Shown: positions 42,532 through 54,376, numbered from the stretch's first letter. The stretch is 64,000 nt of DNA from an uncultured Methanomicrobiaceae archaeon (GCA_963826525.1 CAWGXH010000005.1:128001-192000), one strand, 5' to 3'. The notes: generated by a model not told the origin, from the sequence alone. A program made the numbers and translations.

Positions 42532-44469
42532 CCGAATTTCATCTCACCGATACCTTTACCCCGAAGGGTTCGCAGCCCGATGCTATCGGGAAGCTCTCCG
42601 CCGGCCTCGCCCGCGGCGAGCAGTTCCAGACACTGCTCGGCGTCACCGGATCGGGGAAGACATTCACGATTGCGAACGTGATCGAAGAGGTGCAGCGACC
42701 GACACTGGTCATCGCCCACAACAAGACGCTTGCGGCCCAGCTCTACAACGAGTTCCAGGACTTCTTCCCGGGGAACCGGGTGGAGTACTTCGTCTCCTAC
42801 TACGACTACTACCAGCCTGAGTCGTACATCCCGAAGAGGGATATGTACATCGAGAAGGATGCCCAGATCAACCCGAAGATCGAGCAGATGCGCCTTGCGG
42901 CGACGGCGTCCCTTCTCTCGCGGAGGGATGTCATCGTCGTCGCCTCGGTCTCCTGCATCTACGGTCTCGGCAACCCCGAACACTTCTACAATATGGGATT
43001 TGAGGTGAAAGTCCGGGATCGGCTGCGGCGGGACGACCTCCTCCGGAGGCTCGTCGATATCCAGTTCGAGAGGAACGACATCGAACTTGCGCCCGGCAGG
43101 TTCCGGGTGAAGGGCGATACCGTCGATATCGTCCCCGGGTACTTCAACAACATCATACGGGTAGAACTCTTCGGCGACGAGGTCGACCGGATCAGCGAGG
43201 TCGATCGGATCACCGGCCAGCGTCTCGAGCAGATGGACTACTTCTATGTCTACCCGGCACGCCACTTCGTCGTCCCGGAGCACGAGAAGATGCGGGCGGT
43301 TACGTCGATCAGGGCCAGGACTCGATGCCTGGCTCCCGAACCTCGGCATGCTCGAGGCGCACCGTCTCGAGCAGCGGACGCTCTACGACCTTGAGATGAT
43401 CGAGGAGACGGGCACCTGCAAGGGGATCGAGAACTACTCCCGCCACTTCGACGGCCGGGCGGCGGGCGAGAAACCCTACTGCCTGCTCGACTACTTCCCG
43501 AAAGACTTTCTGATGGTGATCGACGAGAGCCACCAGACGCTCCCCCAGATCCGGGCGATGTACCACGGCGACTACTCGCGCAAGAAGTCGCTCGTGGAGT
43601 ACGGGTTTAGGCTCCCGTCCGCCTTCGACAACCGGCCGCTGAAGTTCGACGAGTTTCAGCGGTATATGCAGTCCGTCATCTTCGTCTCAGCGACGCCGGG
43701 AGAGTACGAACTTCAGCGGTCGAAGGTCGCGGAGCAGATCATCAGGCCGACGGGCCTCGTCGACCCCGGCGTAGAGATCCGTCCGATCGAGGGGCAGATT
43801 CGGGACGTCATCGGTGAGATCCGGTCGACGATCGAGCGGGGCGACCGCATCCTCCTCACCACGCTGACGAAGAGACTCGCCGAGGAGCTGAGCGAGCACC
43901 TGGCCGCCCAGGGGATCAAGACGCGGTACCTCCACTCCGAGATCGATACCCTCGAACGGACGGAGATCATCCGCCAGCTCCGCCTCGGCAAGTATGATGT
44001 CCTCGTCGGGATCAACCTCCTCCGTGAAGGGCTCGATATCCCGGAGGTCGGGTTCATCGGGATCCTCGACGCCGATAAGGAAGGGTTCCTCCGCGATGCC
44101 CGAAGCCTGATCCAGATTATCGGCAGAGCCGCACGGAACGTGAACTCGCGGGTCGTCCTCTACGCCGATAGGATGACCGATTCGATCCGGCGGGCGATGG
44201 CGGAGACCGAGCGGAGGCGGGCGATCCAGCTCGCCTACAACCGGAAGCACAACATCACGCCGCAGACGATTAAAAAGCCCATCCGCGAGAAGGTCGTCGA
44301 GATAACCGACGTCAAACATATCCCGAAACGCGAGATCCCGAATCTGCTCATCGAGCTCGAGGCGGAGATGCGCGAGGCTGCGGAACGGCTCGACTTCGAG
44401 CGGGCGATTGCGGTGCGGGAGACCATGAAAAAGCTCCGGGAGCATGGCATCCCCGCTCTCCCCGAGTGA
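42528..44469 (+). CDS. uvrB: Excinuclease ABC subunit B (frameshift near 43318)
   Basis: [37 protein letters not shown] and QIIGRAAR. Confidence 0.97.
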
Positions 44470-44561
44470 TCGGGCGGTTCATACCCGGAGAGGGCTGCGG
44501 GGGATCCTGTCAAACCCCTCTTTGGAGCCGGAACGACGGGTGCAACGCCCCCCGGGATGGT

Positions 44562-44749
44562 CTACTCCTGCGGGAGGATGAGCCAGAGAAGGAGGTAGAC
44601 GACGATTCCGGGAATGAAACCCGTAAAGACGGTGATGACGACCCACAACACCCGGATGAGGTTTGCATCGACGTTGAAGTATTCTCCGAGCCCGCCTATG
44701 ACACCGGCAACCATCCTGTCTGTCTGTGAGCGTGTCAATTCTTCTTCAT
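44562..44749 (-). CDS. PspC-domain membrane protein (indel near the start)
   Basis: LTRSQTDRMVAGVIGGLGEYFNVDANLIR...YLLLWLILP. Confidence 0.85.
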
Positions 44750-44776
44750 GGGCACTCCTCTCTGTCCGACCCGGTA

Positions 44777-46084
44777 TTAATGCTTCCCTGCTGGTGTTCG
44801 GAGCGCCGTTACCCGGCATTGGGAGCGGCACGGTCGCTCTTTCTTCCAGCTCTTCTCTTCCGGGTGCAGTTGTCGCAGGCGCCGCACCTCTCTTCTCCGC
44901 TCTCTTCGCCGAAGTACCGAGAGGATCCTTCTTCGCCGGCACTCCGTCGTTCTGCAGTAATCGGAGAGTGCATCGAGTTTCTTTCGTGCAATCTCGCGTT
45001 GCAGCTCGCTGGTATAATCGCTGACGATCAGCCGCCGTATCCGCCGCTCGTCCTCTTCGTCGTAGAAGAGGATGCAGTCGCCCGGTTCGCCGTCCCGCCC
45101 GGCCCTTCCGGTCTCCTGGTAGTAGGCCTCGAGGTCACGGGGCATGGCGGAGTGAATGACAAACCGCACGTCCTGTTTATCGATCCCCATCCCGAAGGCC
45201 GTCGTCGCACAGATTATCCGCACCTCTCCGTCGAGGAAATGCTCCTGTGCCTGCGACCGCGTGCGTGCGCCGAGACCCGCATGGTAGGGGAGGGCTGAAA
45301 ATCCGTCCTCTTTGAGCCTGCAGGCGAGCGATTCCGTCTGTTCCCTGGTCGCGCAGTAGATGATCCCGGTATCTCCCGGGTGTTGCTGCAGGTACGCCCG
45401 TATCCGCGAGTAGACGTCGGCACCCCCGGGCAGGACGGAGTAGTGAAGGTTCGGGCGGTCGAAGGTTCCGATATAGACCTTCGGATCGCGAAGATCGAGT
45501 TGCCGTATGATATCCTCCCGGACATCGGGTGTCGCGGTCGCCGTCAGGGCGATGATCGGGACGTCCGGGAATCGCTCTTTCAGGAGGCGGAGGTCCCGGT
45601 ACTCCGGCCTGAACTGGTGCCCCCACATGGAGATGCAGTGCGCCTCGTCGATAGCGATCAGGGAGATCCGAACCTCTGAAGCGGCGTTCAGAAACTCCCT
45701 GCTGACTGCCCGTTCCGGGGAGAGGTAGAGGAGCGAGAGCTGGTTGTCGGCAAGATCGGTTGTGATCTGCCGGAGTTTGGTGTAAGAGACCGAGCTGTTC
45801 AGCGACTCGGCTGCGACGCCGCGAGCCTGGAGCTCGTCTACCTGATCCTTCATGAGCGAGATGAGCGGCGAGATGACCAGCGTTGTCCCGTCACCGAGGA
45901 GTGCGGGCAGTTGGTAGCAGAGCGACTTTCCCCCGCCGGTCGCCAGCACCGCAAGGACGTCCCGCTTTTCGAGGAGGTCGCCGATGATCTCCTCCTGGTA
46001 GGGCTGAAACTCGCGGTGTCCGAAGTATCGCTCGAGGATCAGGCGGATCGGAGCCATCACTATATATTGATCCCCATCCGTCAT
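44777..46084 (-). CDS. recQ: RecQ family DNA helicase, short form (frameshift near 44915)
   Basis: ATGGGKSLCYQLP, DEAHCISMWGHQFRPEY, TATA and YYQETGRAGRDG; Zn module CRR...YFGE...CGACDNC in the adjacent frame. Confidence 0.93.
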   Translation of the reverse strand: MTDGDQYIVMAPIRLILERYFGHREFQPYQEEIIGDLLEKRDVLAVLATGGGKSLCYQLPALLGDGTTLVISPLISLMKDQVDELQARGVAAESLNSSVSYTKLRQITTDLADNQLSLLYLSPERAVSREFLNAASEVRISLIAIDEAHCISMWGHQFRPEYRDLRLLKERFPDVPIIALTATATPDVREDIIRQLDLRDPKVYIGTFDRPNLHYSVLPGGADVYSRIRAYLQQHPGDTGIIYCATREQTESLACRLKEDGFSALPYHAGLGARTRSQAQEHFLDGEVRIICATTAFGMGIDKQDVRFVIHSAMPRDLEAYYQETGRAGRDGEPGDCILFYDEEDERRIRRLIVSDYTSELQREIARKKLDALSDYCRTTECRRRRILSVLRRRERRREVRRLRQLHPEEKSWKKERPCRSQCRVTALRTPAGKH

Positions 46085-46151
46085 AGTCTCTCCTGCCCGG
46101 CCGGGACTCGAAAATTATCGCGTGTTATCTGTATCAGGGGGTATTCCGACG

Positions 46152-47013
46152 TCATCGAAGATCTGCGGAACACAGCGCCGGACTGCTCAATCGATGCCTG
46201 CTTCCTCGTCGGACAGGCTGTCCCAGAAGGACTCGATCGCCGAGAAGATCCTGCCGGAGAGATCGCGGATCAGGGACTACATCGGCGGACATGCCCTGCA
46301 GGATCGAAGGCGTCGTCGGTCTCGTAGATCCCGCGGTTGATCTCGATCTGAATCCAGGGTATGCCGGTATGCCGGTAGTGTGCCTGGGAGATGAATCCTC
46401 CGCGGAAGGGATCGTTGAGCGTGACATCCCCTTCGCCCCGGAACTCCTCCCGAAATGCACCGGCGAGTGTCGCCAGCCACGCGGGCGGGCAGGTGACGGT
46501 GCCGCTCCGTGTCGGTCTTCCCTGCGGGTCTCCTCCGTTCCTGAGGCAGAAGAGCGGCCGAGGCCGCTTCTCACCCCCTGCCATGGGGGGCGGATACGGG
46601 AGCATGCTGTGGCAGTCGAGCGCGAGCCGGATGTCTCCTGTTCGGAGTGCCGTCAGGAGTTCCCGGTGATAGGGGTAGTAGTACTTCGCGAGAAGCTCCC
46701 GGATCAGCATCCTGTCTGGGTACATCCCCTCCCGGTAGATGGGGATGCCCTCGTGGGTGAGACGCTTGATGATGCCGTCGGGGCTCATGAACGGGGCGTA
46801 GTAGGGTGCCCGGTTGAGGTCGACGATCAACCGGGCGATCTCGGTCGTTTTGCAGGCTGTGACGCGCTCCCTGAAATTATAGAGCCGCCGGGTCTCGGGG
46901 TCGCCCGTGTAGAGAACATCTTTTCTGGTGATCGCTGTCCGGTCACGCACCTCCTGTGGGATCACCTCTCCCCCGTGGGGAATGGATATCAGAAACGGAT
47001 AGCGTTGCTTCAT
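46152..47013 (-). CDS. N-formylglutamate amidohydrolase family protein (frameshift near the 3' end)
   Basis: SIPHGG, RLIVDLNR, YYYPYH, LDCHSM, NDPFRGG and IQIEINR. Confidence 0.85.
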
Positions 47014-47127
47014 GCATACTCCTTCTTCCCGGTCGGCGGCCGTTTCATCTTCCGACAGTATGGAAATTCCAGTCCCTGTCTGTCGACCGCCGAGAGCAGC
47101 CTTCGTTGGCCGATGAACTCCCTCATT

Positions 47128-47753
47128 CTATGAAGTTCTCTTCTTCGCTCGCGCCAGCATCTGCCATCGCTTGATGATAAACGTCGCGATGGCGAGGGCA
47201 AAGAGCGCATCGAAGACACCTCGCAGGATCGGGTTTTGAAAGTCGGTTCCGATCAGGTTCCCGTGAACGATGGCAAGGACGAGCACGACGTACATCAGGC
47301 CGTGCACCCACCGCCAGTACTCCCGGATATACGTCCGGAGCAGCACGCCTGCGAGTGCGATATAGAGGATATAAAGTGCCGGTCTGCCTGCGAATGTCCA
47401 GAAAGTCGTCCAGGGGCTGAAGACCGGGATGAAGACGGCAGGATCTGCGGTTGCTATGGCAACGGCCACCGGGTGGAGCGTCGGGAGGAGGATGCCGACG
47501 GCGGCAAAGGTATGGTGCACCGCGAGAAACGGCCTGCCGAGTACCCGCCGGATATCCCGGAGGAATGGCGTCATGATCGTCGCGATAGAGAGAGCGAGGA
47601 AGCCCCAGAGGGCCAGGAGCCGTACTGACCGTAGGGTACGGGTCGTTATAGGGCGACGTCAGCACGACTGCGGCTACACCGGCGTACAGGGCAAGGATGG
47701 CGGCTGCGAAGAGCAGACCCGATCGCGTCAGAACCACAGGTCCCAAAACTCAT
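47128..47753 (-). CDS. Ferric-reductase-like transmembrane (heme-binding) protein (frameshift near 47625)
   Basis: TM helices with His pairs VHH..LHP and WRWVHGLMY..AIVHG. Confidence 0.65.
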
Positions 47754-47797
47754 AGGGCAGGGATAAGGGTTTCGCCCGACCAGCCCCGGAGACTCTG

Positions 47798-48323
47798 TCA
47801 GTGCCGCTCCTGCATCCCCGTCCGCACCGCCGCCGCAAACTCCTCCGGCCGTGCCGAACCGAAGAGCACCTTCCTTCCGCTCGTCAGCCGGAACTCAACA
47901 CCGCAATCTCCGCGGACGGTGTAGGCTTTCCTGCCTCCGCCGCCGTAGCGGATGCCCCAGCCGCCGAATTCACGAATCGGCCGGTAGTTCCGCACCGTCA
48001 AACCCCTCCACCTCACCCCATGCAATCCGGCGGAAGGAGAGGTGCAGCGGAAAGAATCGGTAGTAGAGGCCGTCGCTACGTACCTCAACGGTGAGGGCGA
48101 GCCGGGCAAAGAAGAAGGGAAACCCGATGCCGAAGACCAGCCAGATAACGACGAGCAGGCCGTCCGATGCCGGCCTCGTCCCGAACGGTATCCCGAAGAC
48201 GACCTGGGATATGACGGCATACAGGAAGAATGCCGCAATGGCAAGGAGAAAGAGCCAGAGCAGCGGCTGGCGAAACCGCTGCACCTCCGTAAAGTACGCC
48301 TTCCGGTGTTCCCGCGTAGCCAT
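47798..48323 (-). CDS. Membrane protein with a PH-like domain, DUF6141-like (frameshift near 48005)
   Basis: F.EVQRFRQ, two TM helices, RFFP and YRPIREFGGWGIR...AYTVRG...LFGSARP. Confidence 0.65.
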
Positions 48324-48417
48324 GTATACCGTTCAGCCGGTTGACGGGATAAGGGCATTGGAGGGTCGGTGTATAACTCAGTGTCTCCCGTGTGTGCTGT
48401 CCTCGCCCCGGGACTGC

Positions 48418-48912
48418 TTAAATCTTCGGGACCTGAAGATCCTCAACACGGCCTGAATCCTGCTCGCGCAGTGCCGCTATCAACTCCGTTATGTTGGGTT
48501 TCTCTGACGGCTCGTAACGCTTTGTAAACATAATGCGCTGGAACTCATCGACGATGATGTTTGCCCGGTACGCGACGCCCTTCTCACCGTCGAAGGTAGC
48601 ATACTCCTGGGCGACCCCGCCGTGCGGCCAGAAATCGGCAAGCAGCGTCGTCATCTCAAGCCCCATATCCCGTGCCCATGCCTTCTTGCACGGCACAGAG
48701 TCGACGCTGATGCCGACGGCGATTGTGTTCAGGGCGTCAAACTCCTGCCAGTGCTTCTCGAGCCCCTTCATCTGCTCCGTGCACGTGCTCGTCCACGCAA
48801 GCGGATGAAACGAAAGAATGATCCGTCTGCCCCGATAGTCCGAGAGAATGAACCGATCGCCGTTCTGATCGGTGAGCATAAAATCCGGTGCCGGTTCTCC
48901 GATATCCACCAT
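48418..48912 (-). CDS. Peroxiredoxin (AhpE/Bcp-like)
   Basis: APDF, FHPLAWTSTC (PxxxTxxC), ISVDS and LADFWPHG. Confidence 0.9.
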   Translation of the reverse strand: MVDIGEPAPDFMLTDQNGDRFILSDYRGRRIILSFHPLAWTSTCTEQMKGLEKHWQEFDALNTIAVGISVDSVPCKKAWARDMGLEMTTLLADFWPHGGVAQEYATFDGEKGVAYRANIIVDEFQRIMFTKRYEPSEKPNITELIAALREQDSGRVEDLQVPKI

Positions 48913-49193
48913 TCTATCTCCACCTCACAGACCTCATATCCGGAATCACTATAATACCTTTGGGAATGGCGTGCTTCCTGCCGGAATTCCTCCTCGGAGC
49001 AGTTTTGTATCCGGTGTCCCTGCACGGTGCACCCGCGGCTAGGGCGGGAGCACGAAAAGCACGTGCATCCGATGAGCCTCCGTCGGGATCTACTTGAATA
49101 AATACTTAATACCCTGGAGAGCAACCGTCCCGTATCGGTGCACCGGCACGCGACCGGTGACCGGAGCAGCATCGCTGCCGGAGGAGTCCCGAT

Positions 49194-50519
49194 ATGCCCG
49201 CCACCACCGATATCATTATTATCCTGCTGCTGATCATTGCAAACGGTATCTTCGCGATGAGCGAGTTCGCCATCGTCTCGGCACGGAAGGTCAGGCTGCA
49301 GCAGCAGGCGTCGGCAGGGGATGCAAATGCCCGGATTGCGCTCGAGCTCGCAGATGAACCGACACCCTTTCTCTCCACTGTCCAGATCGGCATCACGGTC
49401 ATCGGCATTTTCGCAGGCGCCTTCGGCGGCGCGACCCTCGCCGGGGACCTCTCGTCGTTCTTCGAAGGATATCCGATCACCGCTCCGTACAGCGGGACGC
49501 TCGGCATCGGTATTGTCGTGCTCACCATCACCTATCTGACGCTGGTGATAGGGGAGCTCGTCCCGAAACGCCTGGCGCTCGCCAACGCTGAACAGATTGC
49601 CTCGCTCGTCGCCCGCCCGATGCGTATCCTCTCGATCGCAGCATCCCCCCTTGTCAGCCTGCTCAGTATCTCGACCGAGGCGGTGTTGCGGGTGCTCGGC
49701 GTCAGGAAACCGGCAGGTCCCCAGGTGACCGAGGAAGACATACGGATCATGATCGAGCAGGGCACCCGGGCAGGGGTCTTCGAGGAGGCCGAGCAGGATA
49801 TGGTCGACCGGGTCTTCCGTCTGGCCGACAGAAGGGTCAGCTCGCTTGCCACTCCCCGCCCGGATGTGGTCGCTCTGGATATCGACGATCCGGAGGAGGA
49901 GAACTGGAGGAAGATGATCGAGAGCGGGCACTCAACCTTTCCCGTGTACCGTGAGAGTCTGGATACTGTTCTCGGCATCGTCTCGGTCAAGGAGGCCTGG
50001 GCGCGTACGGCACGGGGAGAGACGCCTGCTCTGAAGCAGATGCTCGATGAGCCGCTCTTTGTGCCGGAGAGCATTCCGGTATTACGGGTGCTCGAGCAGT
50101 TCAAAATGTCGGGGACACAGATTGCCCTGGTCACCGATGAGTACGGAAGTTTTCAGGGATTGATCACGCTTCACGATATTCTGGAGGCGATCGTCGGTGA
50201 AATTCCCTCTGCAGAGCAGCCGGTTGATATGGCGGCCGTGCAGCGCCCCGACGGGTCGTGGCTTCTCGACGGCATGCTGTCGGTCGACGAGTTCCGCGAG
50301 ATCTTCGATGTCGGGCTGCTTCCCGGGGAAGAACATGGGTATTACCAGACCATCGGGGGGTTCGTGATGACCTATCTCGAGCGCACGCCGGTCACGGGCG
50401 ATGCATTCGAGTGGCGTGATCTCCGCTTCGAGGTGATGGACATGGACGGGTACCGGGTCGATAAGGTGCTCGTCAAGCCTGTTCCGGAACAAGGCGGATC
50501 GGTGGACGATGGAACGTAG
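49194..50519 (+). CDS. CNNM/CorC (hemolysin-family) Mg2+ transporter: DUF21, CBS and CorC domains
   Basis: NGIFAMSEFAIVS, STVQIGIT, GELVPKRLA, DEYG...DILEAIVGEI and DGYRVDKV. Confidence 0.93.
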   Translation: MPATTDIIIILLLIIANGIFAMSEFAIVSARKVRLQQQASAGDANARIALELADEPTPFLSTVQIGITVIGIFAGAFGGATLAGDLSSFFEGYPITAPYSGTLGIGIVVLTITYLTLVIGELVPKRLALANAEQIASLVARPMRILSIAASPLVSLLSISTEAVLRVLGVRKPAGPQVTEEDIRIMIEQGTRAGVFEEAEQDMVDRVFRLADRRVSSLATPRPDVVALDIDDPEEENWRKMIESGHSTFPVYRESLDTVLGIVSVKEAWARTARGETPALKQMLDEPLFVPESIPVLRVLEQFKMSGTQIALVTDEYGSFQGLITLHDILEAIVGEIPSAEQPVDMAAVQRPDGSWLLDGMLSVDEFREIFDVGLLPGEEHGYYQTIGGFVMTYLERTPVTGDAFEWRDLRFEVMDMDGYRVDKVLVKPVPEQGGSVDDGT

Positions 50520-50726
50520 CCCCGCATCCCGGAGCCGGTGGCGGCCATTGTCGCGAATGTGACGATGGAGTTGTAGAAGATACTGCGGTCGCTCCGGAAG
50601 GAATACGAAGCGTATTCCGTGCGACCAGGGATCTGCAGAATGCCCCATATATTCTTTTCTCTCGACAGTAAGGTCATATGGCTAATTATTTATCATTTAA
50701 CTGTCTAATGTGGCCTGATTGTACTT

Positions 50727-51448
50727 ATGCCCGCGATAATTACAACGGACCTGACAAAGAAATACGGAGAGCTCGAGGCGCTGTCCGGCCTCTGCATCGA
50801 CGTTGCCGAAGGTGAATCGTTCTGCCTGCTTGGGCCGAACGGTGCGGGCAAGTCGACGACGATCAGCGTACTGACCGGGTCTATCGGCCCCACGTCGGGG
50901 GCTGCGAAGGTGATGGGCATTGACGTGGCGAAAGACCCCATCGGCGTTAGAAAGTCGGTAGGCATCGTGCCGGAGTCGGAGTATCCCCCGAGTTTCCTGA
51001 CGGTCAGGGAGATACCTGGAGTCTGGTCTGCAGCATCCGGAACGTGAGCGATCACAAGCCACGGATCGATCACTGGATCGAGTTCTTCGACCTCGGGCCA
51101 AAAGAGGATGTGCTCTGCAAGGATCTCAGCAAAGGGACGAAGAAGAAGGTGATCGTATCGGCTGCGCTGGTACACGAGCCGAAGCTGCTGTTCCTCGACG
51201 AACCCTTCCTGGACCTTGACCCGATCGTACAGCACAACATGAAGGACTACCTCCGGTCCTACGTAAAAGAAGGCGGGACGGTATTCCTGTCCACCCACAT
51301 CCTCGAGATCGCCGAGAAGGTATGCGACCGCGCCGGCATCCTGTACGAGGGCAGGCTGATCGCATGCGGGAAACTCTCGGAGCTCAAGAGGTCCCAGGAG
51401 AGTCTGGAGGACGTCTTCATGAGGCTGGTCAAAGAGGAGTGCGCGTGA
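50727..51448 (+). CDS. ABC transporter ATP-binding protein (frameshift near 51015)
   Basis: GPNGAGKS, LSKG, LFLDEP and STH. Confidence 0.9.
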
Positions 51449-51461
51449 AAGAGGAATCCAA

Positions 51462-52910
51462 ATGAGCGCGAATCTCTTCTGGCTGTTCATCAAAGAGGAA
51501 TTCCGGGCTCAGTCATCCATGTTCAAGAGCTCGTTCCTCATGTACCCGGTCTTTATACTGGTCCTGGCAGGGCTCATGGGCCTGATGCTGATGTCCCTGC
51601 GCATGTCGCTCTCCACCTTCGAGCTTGTCACGCTGGCCCAGGTATCCATACTCATGTCCGGCATGCTGGTCGGCGGCATGGCGCTGTTTCAGGAGACGAT
51701 ACTGGAACGCCGCATGCCGGGCGTGAGGCTGCTGCTCAACATTCCGGGCACGCTGCCGATATCCAATAAAAAAGTCTTCGCTTTTTTCTATTTCAAGGAT
51801 ATTCTCTACTACATCTGCATGAACGTGCTGCCCGTACTCTTCGGCCTGTACGCCTCCACGTTCGTCACCGGCCTGCACGTCGATCTGCCCCTGGCGGCTT
51901 TGACGTTCGTCCTGTCGTTCCTGCTCGGCGTTTCGATCAGCTTCGCCCTGTCCACGGTCGTCGTGCGGAGCAAAGCGCTGTTTGCCGTGATAGTAATCGC
52001 CATAATCGGGCTGGCATACACGGCGTCTCTCGGGCAGGCGAGCGTGCTCTCCGGTATCGGGAGGGTCGTCCCGACCGTCGGGGCATACGTCGGCGGGTCG
52101 GTGACCGATATCGTGCTATCGCTGACCGTCTTTGTCGTTCTCTCCGCGTTTTCGCTGTACTTCATCCGGGAAACGCCGCACTCGACCGAGAAGCGATACA
52201 AAAGCGACTTTGGTGGCGTCCAGGACAGATTCCGGCTGTCCGGGCGCTACTCCGCACTGGCGGCCAAAGAGTGGATCGATCTTGCGCGGAGCGGAGGGCT
52301 CGGATCGGTGCTCTTCTCCTTCGTCTTCCCCCTCCTGTTTCTCTGGGGCCTGCTCTGGATGATGTCGAACGTGATGACCTTCATGAGCGACGGCGAAGCG
52401 ATCAGCCTGCCGTTTACCACGGTCTTCTACTCCGTCATCATCGGGTTCTTTGCGTCCCTGGTCTACGGATGGCTGAACAACATCGACAACAACGCGAACT
52501 ACAGGATGCTGCCCGTCAGCATGACCGACGTAATCAAGGCGAAGCTCATCCTGTTCGTCGTCCTTAACACCGTCGTTTCGGTGATCTACCTCTGCCTGAT
52601 CGCCCTCACCAGAGGCGAGCTCGCGCTGCTGCCCGTCAGCCTCTTCACCATGTTCATGGTTTCGGGGTATACGGGAGTGCTGACGGCGTACATGACCGGC
52701 ATCTTTACGAACAGCCTGATGTTCGACTACAAGGTGATGACCGTCTACTCGCTGGCCGTGGCGCCCGTACTCGTCGTGCTCATCGTCCTGTCGTTCTACC
52801 CCGAGATGCTGCTGGCCGAGCTCGGCCTCTCCGCCGTGCTCGGCATCGCAGCGTACCTGCTCCTCGGCCGGATCGATAAGAAGTGGGGACGAGTCGAGTT
52901 CGGGGGATGA
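51462..52910 (+). CDS. Putative ABC exporter permease (about 12 TM, two similar halves)
   Basis: Highly hydrophobic; KEE and KEW motifs open each half; follows the ABC ATPase. Confidence 0.75.
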   Translation: MSANLFWLFIKEEFRAQSSMFKSSFLMYPVFILVLAGLMGLMLMSLRMSLSTFELVTLAQVSILMSGMLVGGMALFQETILERRMPGVRLLLNIPGTLPISNKKVFAFFYFKDILYYICMNVLPVLFGLYASTFVTGLHVDLPLAALTFVLSFLLGVSISFALSTVVVRSKALFAVIVIAIIGLAYTASLGQASVLSGIGRVVPTVGAYVGGSVTDIVLSLTVFVVLSAFSLYFIRETPHSTEKRYKSDFGGVQDRFRLSGRYSALAAKEWIDLARSGGLGSVLFSFVFPLLFLWGLLWMMSNVMTFMSDGEAISLPFTTVFYSVIIGFFASLVYGWLNNIDNNANYRMLPVSMTDVIKAKLILFVVLNTVVSVIYLCLIALTRGELALLPVSLFTMFMVSGYTGVLTAYMTGIFTNSLMFDYKVMTVYSLAVAPVLVVLIVLSFYPEMLLAELGLSAVLGIAAYLLLGRIDKKWGRVEFGG

Positions 52911-53349
52911 GGTCACCGGGCTAACATCAAAAGCAGTATCATTTTTTAAGCACATTATCACTCGTCCGTCCGCCGGCTCCGGGTGAGAGGGGACGGCCTT
53001 AGAAGAAGGAAACTCTCGGCTGGGAGACGCCCCTCCTCGTGCAGAAAAAAGCCTCGGAAATCGGGTATTTTTCGATTTCCTCGTTATTCTGATCGGGTGA
53101 ACGATGCTCATTTGCTTAAGGGCATATCTCGTGCAGATTCCGAAAAGAATGAAATATCATGGAGTATATTGGCCGTATGAGCGTCGGTAATAGTCGGGAG
53201 ATGTAATGCCCTGCCGGGCACCGAGATCGGCCGTCTGTGGGCGTCTGTGAGGGTGGTAATTTCTGCAGATCGAGGTGGAAATTATGGAGGTTGCAGAAGT
53301 TAACCCTGAGGTGAACTTTTTATCTCAGAAAACATGTCATCTATAGCGT

Positions 53350-54376
53350 ATGTCAAACCTGGCCGTTAAAGAAATTAAAGGCAATACGTACCTCTATATC
53401 AAAGATAGTGTTAAAGTTAACTCGAAATCGCTTCCCGTTCTGGTGTACGTCGGCAGATTCGAAAAAGCAACGCCGGATCTGGTTTTGTCGAAACTCGGGA
53501 ACTCCGGGATCTGAAGGTAACGAGATATCTTGGTTATCGGTTGGAACACTATCCGTTCACCATTCTCGACCGGAGTAAAGCCCGTGAACTTGAGATTCTG
53601 CGCTATTACTACGAACGATTCAGGGAGCTCTATCCGGATGAGAGTGAGCGGTACATGGATGCCATGTATGTCCGTTACGTTCAGGGCTCGACGGCCATAG
53701 AGGGGAATACAATCACCCTTCGTGAAGCGCAGGAACTTCTGGATCACGCTATCTCACCTGCGGGAAAAAAGATGGATGAGGTCTATGAGATACTCAACTT
53801 CCTGAAACTCCGAAGTTTCCTCAGCGAATACGGTGGCGATCTCACGAGCCGTTCATTCGAAAGGTCCACGAGATCATGATGGAACATCTTCTCCGAAACC
53901 CGGGAGAATACCGGAATATTCAGGTCGGCATCGAAAAAGTCGAATATGAACCCCCGCCCGCGATCCTTGTACCCGACCTGATGAAGGAGCTCCTGCAGTG
54001 GTATCGGCAGAATCGCAAACGTATGAATCCGTTTGAGCTCGCCGTTCTGGTGCACACCCGGTTTGAGATTATTCACCCGTTCGTCGACGGAAACGGACGG
54101 GTGGGGAGGGCGCTCATGAACTTCGTCCTGAAGCGAGCCGGTTACCCTACGCTCTACCTCGGCCTCGAGCACCGCTCGGTCTACCTGGACGCTCTCGTTC
54201 TAGCGGATGGCGGCACCGTCGCACCGATCGTCGGGACACTCTCCGATCTGTATCTCAATCAGCACGGAAAGCTTGTGCAGGAAGTCCGGGACGCCACAAT
54301 GGACAATAGCCCGATCTTCAAAGATGAGAATGAGAATATTGTGCGGCAGCTTTCTGCGCTGAAAAAGAATGAGTGA
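53350..54376 (+). CDS. Fic-domain protein (frameshifts near 53500 and 53862)
   Basis: Canonical HPFVDGNGRVGR and inhibitory STAIEGN motif. The N-terminal KEIKGNTYLY segment starts at ATG 53350. Confidence 0.88.

Noticed and set aside
10882-44469. Mass pseudogenisation or phase variation of motility, chemotaxis and uvr genes
   Set aside because: The breaks are isolated 1-nt indels with motifs intact on both sides and no accumulation of in-frame stops. The runs are too short for typical contingency loci.
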